From Podarcis tiliguerta (taxonomy: Eukaryota): a stretch of 64,000 nucleotides of DNA. Each line of letters begins with the position of its first letter. Position 1 is the stretch's first letter. Below the pieces are notes generated by a model, which saw only the letters and a list, made by a program, of their open reading frames with translations, made no database searches and had not been told where the DNA came from. This document shows, one piece after another, positions 59,749-64,000 of this stretch. The DNA is taken from the NCBI GenBank assembly GCA_965153285.1, contig OZ229117.1; one strand, 5' to 3'. Position numbers and translations under genes: made by a program.

Positions 59749-61639
59749 TAAGACATAATGAACTGCACTTTTATTACTTTTGTAATAGTAACTGCTACAC
59801 CACAGAATGAGAAGTGAATCAGTTAAATCATCAAATAATTCTGTATCCTTCTGCTCACTCCATGGGGAGGTTGCCAGAGGCTTCCTTGTATGACTTGGTG
59901 CTCTGACCTTACCTTCTTCATCCAGTGGGGGCAGGAGTTTCTGCCACATCCCAGCACTGGACGCAATTCGAATTGTTGAACCGTTCTCAATGCAGAGATG
60001 CCACAGTTTCCTCTGAGGAAACAGACTGGCTGTTGTCCCACTGCAGAGCCTGGATGCAGATCAATGAATCACAAATCATGGAGGAACATCCTCTGAGGGT
60101 GTGTCTTTTCTACTTTAAACAAAAGTCTTGCTGGCTGCAAAAGTGAATTGTGCTTCAGAAGTCTGAGAAACTCTACTCTTGAGGATGTATTGTTGTGCAA
60201 GAATTCTGAGCCAGTTGCCTTGTTGGGCTTGCTGTTTGTGGCAACTGACTTGAACACACAACTTTTCCACTTGCCAGGAAAGACAGGGGATGTTTTAACA
60301 ATCTCAGTGAATCACACCATGAATTGATCTCAGTTGGGCATCTGGTGCTGACTCAGTTAAGCATAAGGCTCTGGACTCCTCCTAGCCTGAGTGCCTTTGA
60401 TTGGAAACTGAGATTGAGCAAACTTTACATTGAGAAGGAGCTGTCCTCTAGCTGTCCTGGCTGATATGGAAAAGTTGGGAAGGGACTCGGGTTTTCTGTG
60501 TGGAGAGTAGAAGGCTTTGAGGACCCTCTGTAATTTCACCCTTGATATGTTTATCTATTTAATAATTTCTGCCCAGCCGTGATGCATAAATCAGGCAGGG
60601 TGCATTATAACAAGTAAAGTTGCAATTGCAGTGAGAGACAATTAAAATAGCCATTTGCTTATTATACTGGTTAATATTTAGAATTTCTAAGTTATGTACA
60701 TAAAATGATTTTTTTAAGCCATACAAAGAATAAGAACAATTATCATTCATCCTAGAATGCCTACCTTAAAATGCTTGCTGAAACAGGAAAGTGTTTGTCA
60801 ATCACCTCAAGTTCAGCAGGGAGGGGGCCTGTCTAATCTCAGTTAGGAGCAAGTTTGACAGGGTCGGGGTCCACAATACTGAACTGCATGGCTGTATCTG
60901 ATGGCATGCAGAACCTGGGGAGTGGACTCCCCAATTTTTCCAGTTCTAGTAACTGGTAATGTATATCGTCTGCACCAAGGAAATCCTAACCCTTCAATCA
61001 GAATAAATTATTATTATTATTAAACTTATTAATTTTTATTTATTTGACAAAAGCAGCTCACAATAAACACCTACACTAAAACTGGCATGAAACAAAATGA
61101 AGAAAAATCTAAAAAGTGATCATATTTTTAAAAGACAGGATTAAAACATTATGTGTATGCATCATTTGAACATTATGTGAAATTTGTTGTGCTTCCAAGA
61201 TTTCAAATTTTCAAAGGATAGAGAGGAGGGAGATTATGTTGACTAACTATGGGTAGCCTCTCTGGTTCTGGGGCTGATGGGAGCTGTAGGATGAAGACTA
61301 TAAACTATTGAGAACACTGCAGGTCACCTAAGGCTCCCCTGCCCTTCCACATCTCACTCCTGCCTGATCTCTGGAAGTCCTTATTAGGTTTCACCAGGCC
61401 ACTTCACAAAAGAGTCTCTGAAAGGTCTAGAAAGTGCCTGAAATTCTGTTCAGCACTAGCAGTGTATGTTTTTTCTAGAAAAATTGGTGCTAGTACCTGC
61501 CGGTACTCACCATGAAGTTGTTACAGTAAGTGTCACACTTTTTAACCAAAGAAGTCCTGGTAATTACCAGTAATACAGAAGGACTGTAATAACTTGCTTG
61601 TTCCTGATAATGATGTTGGTGGTGGTCTCTTGCATTTCC

Positions 61640-61822
61640 ATGCACTCTGGTTTCCGTCACAGTGTTCTGTTGCTCCAGAAGCAGCTTAGTGACACTGGCC
61701 ACATGACCCGGAAACCTGTCTGTGGATGAATGCTGGCTCCCTCAGCCTGAAAGTGAGATGAGTGCTGCACCCCATAGTCGCCTTTGACTGAACTTAACCG
61801 TCCAAGGGTCCTTTACCTTTTA
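61640..61822 (+). mobile_element. 5'-truncated Sauria SINE
   Basis: ggccacatgacccggaa..gctggctccctcagcc..gagatgag..tcctttaccttt. Confidence 0.85.
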
Positions 61823-63164
61823 CATTTATGCAATAAAAAGTTTCAAATTGATTTGACAAAATAACAACACATAAAGCAATTTAACTCATAAAGCAGTTCA
61901 CTCAGAGTTGGTGATACGAGGGCAGGGTCACTATGATAGTTGTCCTTCCTCACAAAAAGGAGAGTTCAGGTGCCTCCTGAACTTGCTGCAGGGGAAGGAA
62001 CTTTGAATGGTTTCCCTCATCAGCATGAAATCACACCCTGGGCTTGTAAATGTTTTCCTTTTGGGACAGAGACTGGAAAGGCGCCAACTCAGAAGCTTCT
62101 CTTCCCAGAGCTTGCAGCAATTCTGTGACTTTCTTCCGCTGTTCTCATGTTGCAGAAACCGGGATTGGCAGCCGGCTGGCTGACAAGGGGGATCTGTGTT
62201 GTGCTGAGCTCACAGGAAGTTAGAACAATGGGAGGAAAGGATTTGTCTCTGTCGGCTATATTTATACCCCCAAGAGGGTCTGTGACTGGGCAGAGCTTTC
62301 TCCTGAGGCTCATTTCTATAGCTTGGAGAGCAGAGTATCCCCCTTCTCAAACATCCTGTGAGTGCAAAATTGGTTTACCTTCTCCTGAGTTTACCTTCAC
62401 CACCCTTAAATAAAAACCCCAAGCTTCCTTTTTACCTTGAGTTCCCTATTACGGCATTTGCAAACCTGGTGCTCTCCAGATGTTTGGTGCTGCAACTCCC
62501 ATCAGAATCAGCCTGTGTAAGACAAGAGGGCCCTCACAATCTGATTTTTCTTCCTGTTGCTTTTTTTGCTCTGAGCTGTTGCCCCCACTGCTGCTGTCGA
62601 GGCTGCAAAAGAGAGGCTGCAGATTGGCAGAGGGAAGTGTTAAGAAGGGAAGGAAAAGGCTATCCTTGACACAATTTGCAGTCCCACCCCCCAAACTATC
62701 AAAATAGCCGTACATTTCTTAGCGTATAGATATGAGGCAGGTGCTTAGTGGGTGGTGTGAGCAACGTGCAGCCTTCCAAGTGCTGTTCCCAGTCACTGAG
62801 CGCTCTGTTATTCCTGTCCTGGAGAGAATTCTTTATATTCTTTGAAGGCTGGCCCCAGGACCGGCCCAATACATTTTGGCACCTGAGGTGAACCACAAAA
62901 TGGCACCCACCACCACCAGGGAAGAAGGGGTGAGTGAACAAGAGTAGAGGAGACCAGCAGTAGCACCCATTCACCAAGAGGATGCTATAGAGGCAGCCTA
63001 GGATGGGGGGCAGATTTTGTCTCTAAGGTGTAAGCTTCAACTGTTGATGCCACCATGACAGCAGCTACACGGGTGCATTCCTTGGAGGCTGCATTTGCTG
63101 CCCTGTGAATCCTACCACCTGAGGCGGTTGCCTCATCTTGCCTTATGGGTGAGCTGACCCCTCC

Positions 63165-63300
63165 TTATTTTATCCTCCAAGCTGCTTCTGTGAGGTAGGC
63201 CAGGCTGAGAGCTGGTCACTTGCTCAAGGTCACCCTGTGACCTTCATGACGCAGCAGGGATTTGAACTCTAGTCTCCAGCACTCAGACCAGTACACTGTG
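63165..63300 (-). mobile_element. tRNA-derived MIR/L2-like SINE fragment
   Basis: Reverse complement of 36868-37078 (caaggtcacc, ggatttgaac). Confidence 0.6.
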
Positions 63301-64000
63301 CTGATCCTCTCAATTGCTCATAGACCTCTCCTATCCCCAGCTGCTAGCACCTGACTGGGCAGCTGAGCATCTGTAGCACCTATTGCAAGTCCTCATAGGT
63401 TTGGGGCCAGACTTGGAGAAAACACTGGGGCAGATTCACTGGAGAGCCAAAGGCAAAGCCAGTTGCTTTCCAGAGTTAGTCCAAAGGGGAAGGACTGGAA
63501 TGTGTGTGCAGGCAGAAGTGCAGCAGTGGCAGGGAGACAAACTCAGAAGTTCAGAGCTTGGCTCTTGCTCAGGTGCAATAGGTCAGGCCTCACCTGGAAA
63601 TATTTATAGCCCGAACCAATATACTCTATTAGGGCCCTGAGAGGGCAACACTTGTCCTTTATACATGGCCTGCATCCCTGGGCGGCTCACTCACCACAAG
63701 GACAGCCAGGACACAGAGCAAGAAGGCTGCTGCTGGCACAGCCTTTTGTATGCTTTCATGTTTGTGATGCCTCAGGTGAAGTGATGGCACGAAGGGGGAT
63801 CTTTGCTAGGGGAAAGAGTCATGAATGTCCCTGGGACTCACCAGATCTGGAGAGCATCAAATTCAGTTTTGTTTTTGTTTGGCAGCTTAGTCAAGTCACA
63901 TCTGCTGCAAAGACTTGCAACCAATAACTCCAGAGCAAAATTGCTTCTCAAATGAATACTGCCAATACTGACTTACTAATAGCATTTATACAACACTTTT

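Noticed and set aside
62254-62268. MEF2 or TATA-like ctatatttata
   Set aside because: It mismatches the MEF2 consensus at the last position, and such AT motifs are frequent by chance.
373-62512. CRISPR-like or other prokaryotic defence array from the recurring palindromes
   Set aside because: The DNA is vertebrate; the repeats are dispersed, diverged MITEs without regular repeat-spacer periodicity.

Overview
Eukaryotic genomic DNA from a squamate reptile, probably a lacertid lizard, judged from Sauria SINEs and squamate-type L2, CR1 and MITE repeats. The whole window lies inside one + strand gene, the spectraplakin MACF1 (ACF7). I traced 36 consecutive GT-AG coding exons (601..58772) whose phases join into one uninterrupted frame of 13,161 nt (4,387 codons). 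They encode the end of the plakin domain with its SH3 insert, the MACF1b-specific cassette (a 5,421-nt plakin-repeat exon plus 4 small exons) and the first part of the spectrin-repeat rod. Both gene ends lie outside the window. Introns are dense with SINEs, LINE 3' fragments, hairpin MITEs and microsatellites. Most short ORFs in the supplied track are incidental. I see no evidence of a wholly new system. The best leads are a well-formed 15-nt candidate microexon (33095-33109) where the a/b isoforms rejoin, a dystonin-like PVKRRR NLS, a conserved internal start (MQKGLLDQ) with a possible upstream first exon, an intronic RFX X-box, and some clear nested-transposon structures. Comparisons with human MACF1 and DST are from memory and need checking by alignment.
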